DNA of 64,000 nt from Escherichia phage mobillu. Shown piece by piece: positions 30,058 through 38,670 of the stretch. The notes below the pieces were generated by a model. The model was given only the letters and a program-made list of their open reading frames with translations. It searched no databases and was not told the origin of the DNA. The stretch lies in the sequence record MN850622.1; one strand, given 5' to 3'. Each line of letters opens with the position of its first letter. Position 1 is the stretch's first letter. The position numbers were made by a program, and so were the translations under genes.

Positions 30058-30505
30058 GAAAAATAAAGTGAAAGAACTATCAGCCGGTATTATTTTCCTT
30101 ACCGAAGATAAAGAATTATTCATGGGGCGTGTAACTGGTTCTCGTCCTAAAGGTGCATTAACTCATCGGTGGGATATTCCTAAAGGACGTGTCGAACCTG
30201 GCGAATCTCCTATTGAAGCCGCTATTCGTGAATGCGAAGAAGAAACTGGGTTTACACAATATGACCCTGCCTTCCTGAAAGACCTAGGTGAACATCATTA
30301 CTCAGACAATAAGAATATTCATCTGTTCCTATATACCATCCCTGTAGAGCACGAGCAATTCAGAAACAGTGTTTGTAATTCATATCATACATTCCCAGAC
30401 GGACGACAGATTCCTGAATTTGATGCATTCGCTTTAATTAAACCTTCTCAATGGGAATATGTAATGGGCAAATCATTATATAAGGTGCTCACTACACTCC
30501 TATAA
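30047..30505 (+). CDS. nudE: Nudix hydrolase
   Basis: 152 aa; Nudix box GRVEPGESPIEAAIRECEEETGF; position next to e as in T4. Confidence 0.9.
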   Translation: MMSKKNKVKELSAGIIFLTEDKELFMGRVTGSRPKGALTHRWDIPKGRVEPGESPIEAAIRECEEETGFTQYDPAFLKDLGEHHYSDNKNIHLFLYTIPVEHEQFRNSVCNSYHTFPDGRQIPEFDAFALIKPSQWEYVMGKSLYKVLTTLL

Positions 30506-30506
30506 G

Positions 30507-30537
30507 TAATAAATACCTCCTATAAACGTGGGAGGTA
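30507..30537 (+). promoter_or_regulatory. late-promoter-like TAATAAATA plus SD-sequestering hairpin upstream of e
   Basis: TACCTCC-(TATAAACGTG loop)-GGAGGTA stem-loop encloses the GGAGG SD of the lysozyme gene, as in the known T4 e regulation. Confidence 0.65.
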
Positions 30538-30539
30538 TT

Positions 30540-31028
30540 ATGAATATATTTGAAATGCTTCGTAATGACGAAGGTCTTAGACTGACTTTATACAAAGACA
30601 CTGAAGGCTTTTGGACGATTGGCATAGGCCATTTAGTAACAAAGAACCCGTCTTTAGCCGTAGCTAAAGCTGAACTTGACAGAATGATCGGTCGTAAATG
30701 CAACGGTACAATTACCCTTGATGAGGCTGAAAAGCTATTTAATGAAGACGTTGATAAAGCCGTCCGCGGAATCTTGGGTAATGCTAAACTTAAACCGGTA
30801 TATGATTCTTTAGATGCAGTTCGTCGGTGTGCATTGGTCAATATGGTCTTCCAAATGGGTGTAGCAGGCGTCGCTGGTTTTACTAATTCTCTTCGTATGC
30901 TTCAACAGAAACGTTGGGATGAAGCGGCAGTAAATCTAGCCCAATCTAAATGGTATCGTCAGACACCTAATCGCGCGAAACGCGTAATCTCAACATTTAA
31001 AACAGGAACTTGGAAAGCGTATATATGA
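30540..31028 (+). CDS. e: endolysin (T4 lysozyme)
   Basis: [39 protein letters not shown]... near-identical to recalled T4 lysozyme. Confidence 0.96.
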   Translation: MNIFEMLRNDEGLRLTLYKDTEGFWTIGIGHLVTKNPSLAVAKAELDRMIGRKCNGTITLDEAEKLFNEDVDKAVRGILGNAKLKPVYDSLDAVRRCALVNMVFQMGVAGVAGFTNSLRMLQQKRWDEAAVNLAQSKWYRQTPNRAKRVISTFKTGTWKAYI

Positions 31029-31306
31029 AAACATATAGTGAATTTTTATCAGAATCTATTCTTAACGAAGCTACTGACACATTTGCAACTAAGCTAGGTG
31101 CAGCTTTGGTTGAAGCCGAAAGTCTATTAGCACGTATTTCTGAACTTGCTAGTAAGATAGATACTCGCAAATTTGAACGTACCAGCGATATCGCTAAGCT
31201 TGAAGCCTTGTTACGTATGTGCGATAAACCGGAAGAAATCGCTAAGAACGGCTCGCTAATGAAACAACGTCTTGAAAAATATATTTCAGGCGCTTCAGAA
31301 AAATAG
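31025..31306 (+). CDS. internal-protein-like, capsid-targeting sequence at N-terminus
   Basis: 93 aa; N-terminus [10 protein letters not shown]; ATGA overlap with e stop. Confidence 0.65.
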   Translation: MKTYSEFLSESILNEATDTFATKLGAALVEAESLLARISELASKIDTRKFERTSDIAKLEALLRMCDKPEEIAKNGSLMKQRLEKYISGASEK

Positions 31307-31307
31307 T

Positions 31308-31362
31308 GTTTACTTCCTCCAAGGACTTTGATACTATACATTCATCAACTACTTGGAGGAAA
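31308..31362 (+). promoter_or_regulatory. PeSL-like early promoter upstream of denV
   Basis: GTTTAC, TACTAT, long inverted repeat ACTTCCTCCAAGG/CCTTGGAGGAA whose right arm is the SD. Confidence 0.65.
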
Positions 31363-31364
31363 TT

Positions 31365-31778
31365 ATGACCCGTATCAATTTAACACTTGTTTCTGAACTG
31401 GCCGTCCAACATCTTATGGCTGAGTATCGTGAATTACCACGCGTATTTGGTGCAGTCCGTAAACATGTTCAAAATGGTAAACGTGTAAAGGATTTTAAAA
31501 TCTCTCCAACATTTATCTTAGGCACAGGTCACGTAACATTCTTTTACGACAAACTCGAATTTTTACGTTTACGTCAAATCGAGCTAATCACTGAATGCTT
31601 GAAACGTGGTTTCAAAATCAAGGACACGACTGTCCAGGATATTTCCGACATCCCTGCCGAATTTCGTAATAATTATGTCCCGTCCGAAGCGTCCATTGCG
31701 ATAAGTCAAGCACGCTTAGATGAAAAAATTGCTCAACGGCCGTCTTGGTACAAATATTATGGCAAATCAATTTACTAA
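31365..31778 (+). CDS. denV: endonuclease V (pyrimidine-dimer DNA glycosylase)
   Basis: [35 protein letters not shown]... near-identical to recalled T4 DenV. Confidence 0.96.
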   Translation: MTRINLTLVSELAVQHLMAEYRELPRVFGAVRKHVQNGKRVKDFKISPTFILGTGHVTFFYDKLEFLRLRQIELITECLKRGFKIKDTTVQDISDIPAEFRNNYVPSEASIAISQARLDEKIAQRPSWYKYYGKSIY

Positions 31779-31793
31779 CTAATGGACATAAAA

Positions 31794-32054
31794 ATGAAAA
31801 CGTATCAAGAATTTATCACAGAAGCAGTCGTTAAAGGCCCTAAATTTAAAGTTAAAGCATTCGCAGGTGATGCTGAAGACTTTGGCTCATTAAAACGTAA
31901 TGGATATTCTTTCTTAGGTGGTGACGGTAAAGAAATCAATACCTATGCAAAGCGCCGCGAAATCGCATACATCGTAGCGGGACCTAAAGTGGATGCTGAT
32001 GATATTGAATACGATTTTGATAACTTTGGAATTGTTTCTGGTGGTAAAGCTTAA
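31794..32054 (+). CDS. internal-protein-like, capsid-targeting sequence at N-terminus
   Basis: 86 aa; N-terminus MKTYQEFITEA (IP consensus). Confidence 0.65.
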   Translation: MKTYQEFITEAVVKGPKFKVKAFAGDAEDFGSLKRNGYSFLGGDGKEINTYAKRREIAYIVAGPKVDADDIEYDFDNFGIVSGGKA

Positions 32055-32164
32055 ATAATTCCTGTCTAATAAAGGGGAACGCAACCTCTCCTCATGAACG
32101 TCGAGTCCTCTGAGTGATGTACCTTTTCCAACCTGTAATAAGGTCGAGCGCAATGCGGTAATGG

Positions 32165-32194
32165 GTTTACATAGCGAGTCGAAGGACCTAACAT
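32165..32194 (+). promoter_or_regulatory. early-promoter-like GTTTACA / TAACAT
   Basis: GTTTACA with 17-bp spacer to TAACAT, about 35 nt upstream of next ATG. Confidence 0.4.
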
Positions 32195-32230
32195 GTGCCA
32201 CGGAATGGCCCAAACCTTAAGAGAAATAAT

Positions 32231-32770
32231 ATGAGAACATTTTTAACTGGACCTTATCTATCCCTGATGAATGCTTTTACACACCATTCTGATGCTAGAG
32301 TAGAAGAAATTTGTAAGAACGGTTATGTCCCACCGTTTGAAGACGTACTCAAGCAGTACTGTACACTTCGTTTAGACGGTGGCCGACAATCAGGTAAATC
32401 AATTGCTGTGACTAACTTTGCTGCTAATTGGCTGTATGATGGTGGAACGGTTATTGTTCTTTCTAATACTTCAGCTTATGCTAAAATTTCTGCTGGCAAC
32501 ATTGAAAAAGAATTTTCTCGTTATTCTAGCGACGATATTCGATTCCGTTTATTTACTGATTCTGTTCGTAGTTTTATTGGCAATGAAGGTTCTAAATTCC
32601 GTGGATTAACGCTTTCTCGTATTCTGTATATAATTGACGAGCCTATTAAAGCTCCTGATATGGATAAGATTTACAATGTACATATTAAAACAGTCCAACA
32701 CTGTTGCAAAAACAAATATTGCAACGGCGGTATTGCTCGTCCTCAATTTTTTGTGATTGGAATGCAATGA
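32231..32770 (+). CDS. P-loop NTPase-like protein
   Basis: Walker A-like GGRQSGKS and Walker B-like LYIIDE. Confidence 0.6.
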   Translation: MRTFLTGPYLSLMNAFTHHSDARVEEICKNGYVPPFEDVLKQYCTLRLDGGRQSGKSIAVTNFAANWLYDGGTVIVLSNTSAYAKISAGNIEKEFSRYSSDDIRFRLFTDSVRSFIGNEGSKFRGLTLSRILYIIDEPIKAPDMDKIYNVHIKTVQHCCKNKYCNGGIARPQFFVIGMQ

Positions 32771-33075
32771 TGACCACTATTGAAGTTTTTGAATATTGTT
32801 ATAATAGCCCGGTATGCAATAAAAGGGCTCTTGTAGAAAATTATGAGATTTACCATTTTAAACCTAAACGATATCGTTTGACTAAAGGTCCGTTCGCAGG
32901 TCAGCAGGTTCTTTGTACTGCTCCTAATGCACGGTTGATGACTAGTATTCCACATTTCAAAATGGAATTTATTGATGGGCCATTTAAGGGATTAATCACT
33001 CAAAGTTTAATGGCGTTTAATTCCAACCCATTTTTGATTAAAGAAAAAACTTGGATAAATTTATTTTCTAATTGA
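32767..33075 (+). CDS. hypothetical protein
   Basis: 102 aa, ATG overlapping previous stop. Confidence 0.55.
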   Translation: MMTTIEVFEYCYNSPVCNKRALVENYEIYHFKPKRYRLTKGPFAGQQVLCTAPNARLMTSIPHFKMEFIDGPFKGLITQSLMAFNSNPFLIKEKTWINLFSN

Positions 33076-33081
33076 GGTTAT

Positions 33082-33444
33082 ATGAAAGCATATCAAATTC
33101 TTGAAGGCACACACAAAGGCACTATTTATTTTGAAGACGGTACTCAAGCCCGGATTATTGTCTCTAAGACTTTTAAAGAAGACGCTATTGTAGACCCAGA
33201 AATTTTCTACGGTTTGAATGCCCGTGAAATTGAAATTGAACATCAACCTAAAGTTAAAATTGAAGGTGGTCAACATCTGAACGTTAACGTTCTGCGTCGT
33301 GAAACTCTGGAAGATGCAGTTAAGCATCCGGAAAAATATCCGCAGCTGACCATCCGTGTATCCGGTTATGCAGTTCGCTTTAACTCTCTGACTCTGGAAC
33401 AGCAGCGTGACGTTATCGCTCGCACCTTTACTGAGAGTCTATAA
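33082..33444 (+). CDS. autonomous glycyl-radical cofactor (GrcA/YfiD-like; T4 Y06I-type)
   Basis: C-terminal [60 protein letters not shown] contains the RVSGYA glycyl-radical motif; host-like codon usage in this tract. Confidence 0.85.
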   Translation: MKAYQILEGTHKGTIYFEDGTQARIIVSKTFKEDAIVDPEIFYGLNAREIEIEHQPKVKIEGGQHLNVNVLRRETLEDAVKHPEKYPQLTIRVSGYAVRFNSLTLEQQRDVIARTFTESL

Positions 33445-33668
33445 TGGCTAAATTGATTATAGAAGGGTCTGAAGATGTTTTAAAATGTTTTGCCGCCTGG
33501 TTTAGTTGCTCAGGCGAGCAATCATTCATTGAATCATTTAGAATGGGTGATATTACTGGAAACTATCCGACAACTGATATCACTGTACGTGGATATGGTA
33601 TTAATGAGCCTATCCAATTGGTCGAATATGACCTTGCCGCCGATGAGGAAATTCCTTATGTCGATTGA
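33444..33668 (+). CDS. hypothetical protein
   Basis: 74 aa ORF, ATGA coupling. Confidence 0.5.
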   Translation: MAKLIIEGSEDVLKCFAAWFSCSGEQSFIESFRMGDITGNYPTTDITVRGYGINEPIQLVEYDLAADEEIPYVD

Positions 33669-33924
33669 AGATATTAAAGGCTACAAGCCACATACCGACG
33701 ATAAAATTGGTAAAGTGAACGCTATTAAAGATGCAGAAGTCCGTCTTGGATTGTTGTTTGATGCTCTGATTGAAGAAGCATATATCTTGAAAGAAAATGA
33801 AACAGAGCAACAAACCAAAGAAGATATGGATGCAGTACAGGCTCTTAAGTATGCTAAGCAACATCTAAAAGAAGCCAGCATGTGGGCCTGTCGTGCAGTA
33901 TTTCGACCTGAGGAAAAATACTAA
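33658..33924 (+). CDS. hypothetical helical protein
   Basis: [15 protein letters not shown]...; the long track ORF from 33490 is an out-of-context extension. Confidence 0.5.
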   Translation: MSIEDIKGYKPHTDDKIGKVNAIKDAEVRLGLLFDALIEEAYILKENETEQQTKEDMDAVQALKYAKQHLKEASMWACRAVFRPEEKY

Positions 33925-34223
33925 TGGCTCAAATCCTATCAGGCTTTGGAACTCATTATGAAGCGTCTAGACGCATAACTGAAAGCAATCCTTTTGGCCT
34001 TGTTCCGAAGCACAAGAAAATTCAAAGCCTTGATGACTTTGAGAACCGCCTATGGGCCCTCTTTAATGAGTACAAGGCATATCTGAAAGAAGACGCTGAC
34101 GATTGTCTTGAAGAAGATGAGATTGCGTATTACGAACAACGCCTTGAACAGCTAAAGAACTTCCATCAGGTTCGTGACGAAGTATCTAAAGCAGTTAAAA
34201 AGTTAATTCCTTTCAAAGAGTAG
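33924..34223 (+). CDS. hypothetical helical protein
   Basis: 99 aa, immediately upstream of regB. Confidence 0.55.
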   Translation: MAQILSGFGTHYEASRRITESNPFGLVPKHKKIQSLDDFENRLWALFNEYKAYLKEDADDCLEEDEIAYYEQRLEQLKNFHQVRDEVSKAVKKLIPFKE

Positions 34224-34273
34224 TTTACTTCTCCTCTAGTTGTGTTACTATAGACTTGTCAACTAGAGGAGAA
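34223..34273 (+). promoter_or_regulatory. PeSL-like early promoter upstream of regB
   Basis: GTTTAC, TACTAT, 14-bp inverted repeat TTCTCCTCTAGTTG/CAACTAGAGGAGAA with SD in right arm. Confidence 0.65.
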
Positions 34274-34279
34274 ATCAAA

Positions 34280-34738
34280 ATGACTATCAATTCGGAAGTT
34301 TTTATCCGCCGTAATAAACTCCGTCGAATCTTTGAAACGGAGTTCCGCAAAATAAATGCCGGTATAAAAGATGCTGCAAAGTCTCTTGGACTACCAGGCT
34401 TTCATATCAAGTATTCTCAACATCTCTTAGATCGTGCCATCCAGAGAGAAATAGATGAGAATTACGTTTTTGAATTATTTCATAAAGTAAAAAATCACGT
34501 TAAAGAAGTTGCAGAATTTTTATCAATGCCGGCACGTCCGGATGTTGATGAAGATTTTGTCGAAGGTGTCGAATATCGCCCAGGCCGTTTAGAAATAACT
34601 GACGGAAATCTTTGGTTAGGACTTACAGTTTGTCGCGAAAATCCGGCATTCAAAATGAAGACTCTTCAATGCAGAATGGCTATTATTAACAGTAAACGAC
34701 TACCAGGAAAAGCTTCTAAAGCAGTGATTAAAATCTAG
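34280..34738 (+). CDS. regB: RegB site-specific endoribonuclease
   Basis: MTINSEVFIRRNKLRRIFETEFRKIN...LQCRMAIINSKRLPGKASKAVIK matches recalled T4 RegB. Confidence 0.92.
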   Translation: MTINSEVFIRRNKLRRIFETEFRKINAGIKDAAKSLGLPGFHIKYSQHLLDRAIQREIDENYVFELFHKVKNHVKEVAEFLSMPARPDVDEDFVEGVEYRPGRLEITDGNLWLGLTVCRENPAFKMKTLQCRMAIINSKRLPGKASKAVIKI

Positions 34739-34746
34739 AGGTAAAC

Positions 34747-35289
34747 ATGAGAAAAGCACTACTCGCTGGTCTATTTGCTCTTTCATTATCAGCACATAGC
34801 TCCGAGCATACTTTTAGTAATGTCCAACTCGATAACTTGAATTATGCTTATCAGTTTGGGGAACAGTTTTCTAAGGACGGAAAATTTAAAACGCATGAAA
34901 ATATGCATAAGAAAGGGCTTGGATACATAATGGCCGCAATACTATGGCAGGAATCATCCGCCGGTATTAATTTTAAAGATAAGAAAGGTCACCATGCGTA
35001 TGGAATGTTCCAAAATTATCTACCAACAATGAGGGCAAGAATTAACCAGCTTGGTTATAATATGACTGATGCCCAAATTAAGAAAATGCTATCTAAGCGG
35101 TCTAATTCAGCCAGATGGGCTTATATCGAATTTTCTTATTGGTTAAATATACATAACGGGGATATAAGAAAAGCTATATCCTCATATAATGCGGGATGGA
35201 AGACAAGTGCTGGAAGTAAATATGCTTCTGAAGTCCTAGAAAAGGCTAATTACCTTAAATCAAATAAACTACTGGAAATAAAAGAATGA
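34747..35289 (+). CDS. secreted lytic-transglycosylase-like (SLT-type) protein
   Basis: N-terminal signal peptide MRKALLAGLFALSLSAHS; ILWQESSAG resembles the SLT catalytic E-S motif. Confidence 0.6.
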   Translation: MRKALLAGLFALSLSAHSSEHTFSNVQLDNLNYAYQFGEQFSKDGKFKTHENMHKKGLGYIMAAILWQESSAGINFKDKKGHHAYGMFQNYLPTMRARINQLGYNMTDAQIKKMLSKRSNSARWAYIEFSYWLNIHNGDIRKAISSYNAGWKTSAGSKYASEVLEKANYLKSNKLLEIKE

Positions 35290-35633
35290 CCAAAATGTTG
35301 GCTTTAATAGTTAGCTTGGTTTCATTTAACGCTCTTGCTAATACTACATATACTGATGTAACGGAGTATACAAACAGAACGGCGTCTGATTATTGTGGTA
35401 AAAGTCAAGAGTGTAAAGTAGATTTTTCACAAAAATTGTTATACGCGTATAAAGACGGAGAAAAAGATGGGGCGTCTAGTAGGTTCAAGGCGTCTACCTT
35501 AATTAAAAGATACTATAAAAAATGGCAAATATTAGAATGCTCGGTGGCGGAACCTAAAGATAAGGCAGCATGCAATTCTATGGTGGACCGTCTAGTTGAC
35601 TCTTATAATAGAGGACTTGCAGCAAGTGATTAA
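35286..35633 (+). CDS. small secreted protein
   Basis: Signal peptide MTKMLALIVSLVSFNALA; four Cys. Confidence 0.6.
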   Translation: MTKMLALIVSLVSFNALANTTYTDVTEYTNRTASDYCGKSQECKVDFSQKLLYAYKDGEKDGASSRFKASTLIKRYYKKWQILECSVAEPKDKAACNSMVDRLVDSYNRGLAASD

Positions 35634-36093
35634 AAACTATATCAAGGGCGATATTGTCGCCCTGTTTTCTAAAGGTAATAATATTGCTCATGGGTGTAAT
35701 TGTTTTCATACAATGGGCGCCGGTGTAGCAGGACAATTAGCAAAGGCTTATCCAAAAATTCTTGAAGCAGATAAACTTCAAACCGAATTCGGAGACAAGT
35801 CTAAACTCGGGACTTATTCGGTTTATGAAAAATATTTTAAGACCCATAAAGCTTATTGCTTTAATCTTTATACACAGTTTGAGCCGGGACCTAATTTTGA
35901 GTACTCTGCTTTAATGAATTGTATAATAGAATTAAATGAATTCGGAAAGAATAAGATAACAAAGCCTGTAATTTATATGCCAAGAATTGGTGCAGGTATT
36001 GGTGGTGGAAACTGGGATGTCATCGAAGAGATTTTAGATACGTATTCTACTAAACTAGAAATTGTGATTGTTGATTGGGAACCGTTATTATGA
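35626..36093 (+). CDS. macro-domain-like protein (candidate ADP-ribose binding/processing)
   Basis: GTG start 10 nt after GAGGA SD; GDIV...HGCNCFHTMGAGVAGQLAKA and PRIGAGIGGG resemble macro-domain glycine-rich loops; no ATG in the N-terminal region. Confidence 0.5.
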   Translation: MIKNYIKGDIVALFSKGNNIAHGCNCFHTMGAGVAGQLAKAYPKILEADKLQTEFGDKSKLGTYSVYEKYFKTHKAYCFNLYTQFEPGPNFEYSALMNCIIELNEFGKNKITKPVIYMPRIGAGIGGGNWDVIEEILDTYSTKLEIVIVDWEPLL

Positions 36094-36302
36094 ATATACA
36101 TTATCCACATCCATATGACCCAAAGAATAAGGCAGTAATTATTCGTCAATGGGAACGCATTTGTCGTACCAAATGTCCAATTAATAGTCCACATGATGTA
36201 GATAAAGACTACATCGGAACATTCGTTGAATATACCTTTATTGATAAGAAAGGCCGTAAACAACATGTAGAAGAATATTGCTTAAAGGTGACATGGCTAT
36301 GA
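36090..36302 (+). CDS. hypothetical protein
   Basis: 70 aa ORF, ATGA coupling. Confidence 0.5.
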   Translation: MNIHYPHPYDPKNKAVIIRQWERICRTKCPINSPHDVDKDYIGTFVEYTFIDKKGRKQHVEEYCLKVTWL

Positions 36303-36505
36303 GTCAAACAAAAATTCTTACAGGTGCTAAATGCGAAAAATGCGAATGGCCTGTAGTTTTTGCTTTATGCAATGACGAAATGGCTTGTGATTTTGATTAT
36401 TGGTGTTACTGTTCGAACAAAGGTTGTAGCAATCATAAAGGTGAAGGGTTTTACTCAGGATTTTACCCTTACCCAGATTTCGTTAAAGAAGGTGAACCTA
36501 AATGA
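36299..36505 (+). CDS. Cys-rich small protein (zinc-ribbon-like)
   Basis: CEKCEW...CNDEMACDFDYWCYCSNKGC. Confidence 0.5.
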   Translation: MSQTKILTGAKCEKCEWPVVFALCNDEMACDFDYWCYCSNKGCSNHKGEGFYSGFYPYPDFVKEGEPK

Positions 36506-36684
36506 AATTGACTAAAGAAGAGAAAACTAAACTGTTTGAACTTATCCATGACCTATTGGATGAGCAAGCAGCCACCAATGCGTATGATGAATATGCTCCT
36601 TTGACGGACGAAGAATATCAAGCATTGTTGGAATCATTTGACAGGAAAGAACAAGAACTCATTGACTACGTGAATTCACTATAA
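36502..36684 (+). CDS. hypothetical acidic protein
   Basis: 60 aa ORF coupled to neighbours. Confidence 0.5.
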   Translation: MKLTKEEKTKLFELIHDLLDEQAATNAYDEYAPLTDEEYQALLESFDRKEQELIDYVNSL

Positions 36685-36693
36685 GGGACTCTT

Positions 36694-37275
36694 ATGGCTA
36701 GTTTAATTTTTACCTATGCCGCTATGAACGCTGGTAAGTCTGCTTCATTACTTACTGCCGCACATAACTATAAAGAACGCGGCATGGGTGTATTAGTTCT
36801 TAAACCGGCTATTGATACTCGCGATTCAAAAGGTGAAATAGTCTCTCGTATTGGTATTCGTCAGGACGCCAATATAATTACAAAAGACATGGATATCTTT
36901 GAATTCTATAAATGGGCTGCAGCACAAAAGGATATTCACTGCGTATTTGTTGACGAAGCTCAGTTCTTAACTACTGAAAAGGTGTATCAACTTAGTCGTA
37001 TTGTTGACGTATACAATGTGCCGGTAATGGCATATGGACTACGAACAGATTTTAAAGGTAATCTATTTGAAGGTTCTCAAGCATTAATGGCTATTGCCGA
37101 TAAGCTTGTTGAACTTAAAGGTGTCTGTCATTGTGGTAAAAAGGCCACAATGGTAGCTAGAGTCACGGAAGACGGACTTCCAATTACAGATGGCAGTCAA
37201 ATTGAAATTGGTGATACCGATAGATATGTGTCATTATGCCGGAAGCATTGGAACGATTTGACAGGGTTGTTATAA
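36694..37275 (+). CDS. tk: thymidine kinase
   Basis: 193 aa; P-loop AAMNAGKS, FVDEAQF, C-terminal CHCGKKATMVARV...SLCRKHW zinc motif. Confidence 0.95.
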   Translation: MASLIFTYAAMNAGKSASLLTAAHNYKERGMGVLVLKPAIDTRDSKGEIVSRIGIRQDANIITKDMDIFEFYKWAAAQKDIHCVFVDEAQFLTTEKVYQLSRIVDVYNVPVMAYGLRTDFKGNLFEGSQALMAIADKLVELKGVCHCGKKATMVARVTEDGLPITDGSQIEIGDTDRYVSLCRKHWNDLTGLL

Positions 37276-37278
37276 ATA
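37271..37278 (+). promoter_or_regulatory. late promoter TATAAATA
   Basis: Exact TATAAATA about 25 nt upstream of ATG 37303, just inside the tk 3' end. Confidence 0.5.
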
Positions 37279-37302
37279 CTAATATCTAACCAAGAGGTAT
37301 AT

Positions 37303-37515
37303 ATGCAGCAATTAAACGAAAGACAACTTCGTAATCTTACTGTAACCCAATTGGATGAAATCCGAAGAGAATTAGGACATTCTATTTCTCATTTAAACGA
37401 GGATATCCGTCAAACTGGTTCTAAAGCTGATTATACACGCAAGCGCAAGCTGGAAAAATACCTCGCAGATGTTAAGGCCGTCCAAAGGCGAAAAATAAAT
37501 ACTGGCCAAAATTAA
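37303..37515 (+). CDS. hypothetical protein
   Basis: 70 aa after GAGG SD. Confidence 0.55.
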   Translation: MQQLNERQLRNLTVTQLDEIRRELGHSISHLNEDIRQTGSKADYTRKRKLEKYLADVKAVQRRKINTGQN

Positions 37516-37527
37516 CAGGAGGCCTAT

Positions 37528-37830
37528 ATGGCCTTAAGAGCGATAGCTGTCATAGCGATGCTGGGGTTTTTTGCAGCAACAACTCCTATCGTTGGTACTG
37601 CAAATATCGACCCATATTTTGATAACTTTATGGAATCAGGGATTAAAAACGTATATACTTTGTTTGAAATTCAAAATGTCGAGAATTCTGAAAAATTCTA
37701 TAAGTATATGGCAAAGCATTACAAAAATAGCCCCTGTGATGATGCATTTGAATGTCATGAACAAGGCATAAAAACTGCCAGACAATTTGCCGAGTTCATG
37801 AAAATAAAATTAGAGCCTACATCTATCTAA
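37528..37830 (+). CDS. rI: lysis inhibition regulator RI
   Basis: MALRAIAVIAMLGFFAATTPIVGTANIDPYFDNFMESGIKNVYTLFEIQ... matches recalled T4 RI (N-terminal signal anchor). Confidence 0.85.
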   Translation: MALRAIAVIAMLGFFAATTPIVGTANIDPYFDNFMESGIKNVYTLFEIQNVENSEKFYKYMAKHYKNSPCDDAFECHEQGIKTARQFAEFMKIKLEPTSI

Positions 37831-37836
37831 TTTACT

Positions 37837-37864
37837 AGCCCCTTCCGAAAGGTTGGGGCTTTTT
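37837..37864 (+). terminator. intrinsic terminator (near-identical to 22243 copy)
   Basis: AGCCCC-TTCCGAAAGG-TTGGGGCT then TTTT. Confidence 0.7.
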
Positions 37865-37875
37865 GGCATCTATCA

Positions 37876-37928
37876 GTTTACTTCTCCTCAGGTTGTGTTA
37901 TAGTAAACCTTACTTACTAGAGGAGAAC
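37876..37928 (+). promoter_or_regulatory. PeSL-like early promoter
   Basis: GTTTAC, TATAGT, inverted repeat TTCTCCTC.../...GAGGAGAA. Confidence 0.6.
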
Positions 37929-37931
37929 GTT

Positions 37932-38111
37932 ATGTCACGTAAAGAAAAAATTTCTAAGTTAATGTTTTTGATTGAAGAGTACGCTAATGCGGTATCTGAT
38001 TGGGAAAATGCTCATGGTTGCGAAGATGGAGACATCGACATTAACAGAGCTATGAAAAAGATGGCTGACGCCCACACCGAATTGCAAATGTATGTTAACG
38101 AGATTATGTGA
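37932..38111 (+). CDS. hypothetical protein
   Basis: ATG MSRKEKISKLMFL... after GAGGAGAA. Confidence 0.5.
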   Translation: MSRKEKISKLMFLIEEYANAVSDWENAHGCEDGDIDINRAMKKMADAHTELQMYVNEIM

Positions 38112-38118
38112 GGATATT

Positions 38119-38325
38119 ATGCTTTACGATTATACTGGAAAATCTGAAGACGGTGTACTTGAGCTTTTACCTGAAAGCGCTGAAGATGATGATATGGTGG
38201 TGATGTTTTGTAAAAATGGACCTGGGGATAAGGGATGGATTTATCTTCGTCAAGAAAATGACTTAATTGTTTTGGACCCTAAACAAGTTGAAGAACTTTA
38301 TCAACATTTAAAACACAATCGGTAG
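38119..38325 (+). CDS. hypothetical acidic protein
   Basis: ATG MLYDYTGKSEDG... after GTGAGGA. Confidence 0.5.
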   Translation: MLYDYTGKSEDGVLELLPESAEDDDMVVMFCKNGPGDKGWIYLRQENDLIVLDPKQVEELYQHLKHNR

Positions 38326-38363
38326 TTTACATCTTGGTAGGACTATGTTATAGTAGTCCTATC
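38325..38363 (+). promoter_or_regulatory. PeSL-like early promoter
   Basis: GTTTACA, TATAGT, inverted repeat GGTAGGACTA/TAGTCCTATC. Confidence 0.6.
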
Positions 38364-38382
38364 AAAACAAACGGAGAACAAA

Positions 38383-38493
38383 ATGAAACTTTTGCTTATC
38401 GCTTATGTTGTAGTACAATACAATTATCCGATGTTTACTTATAACATGGTAAACGGCATAGTGAATCTTATTGAAACGAGTATGGTAAAATGA
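38383..38493 (+). CDS. very small hydrophobic peptide (36 aa)
   Basis: ATG after ACGGAGAA; MKLLLIAYVVVQYNYPMFTY...; below track cutoff. Confidence 0.3.
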   Translation: MKLLLIAYVVVQYNYPMFTYNMVNGIVNLIETSMVK

Positions 38494-38669
38494 CCCGTGA
38501 ACAAGCTAATAAATTGATGGACCTTATCCGTGACTTACGTGAAGCCGATTCAGATTTGAATGATGTAGCTTATCATGCGGTAAATGATAACGAAGACTTT
38601 TATGAAAATCAGGTTGATGCTTGTCTGAATGATTTGGTGAATTTTGTTGAAACTTTAATTGGTGAATAA
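38490..38669 (+). CDS. small acidic protein (59 aa)
   Basis: ATGA overlap; MTREQANKLMDLIRDLREADSDLNDVAYH... Confidence 0.45.
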   Translation: MTREQANKLMDLIRDLREADSDLNDVAYHAVNDNEDFYENQVDACLNDLVNFVETLIGE

Positions 38670-38670
38670 T

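Noticed and set aside
32055-32160. About 105-bp non-coding stretch after the 31794 IP-like gene, considered as a possible small RNA or tRNA
   Set aside because: No T arm, anticodon arm or convincing stable hairpin found by eye; left unannotated.
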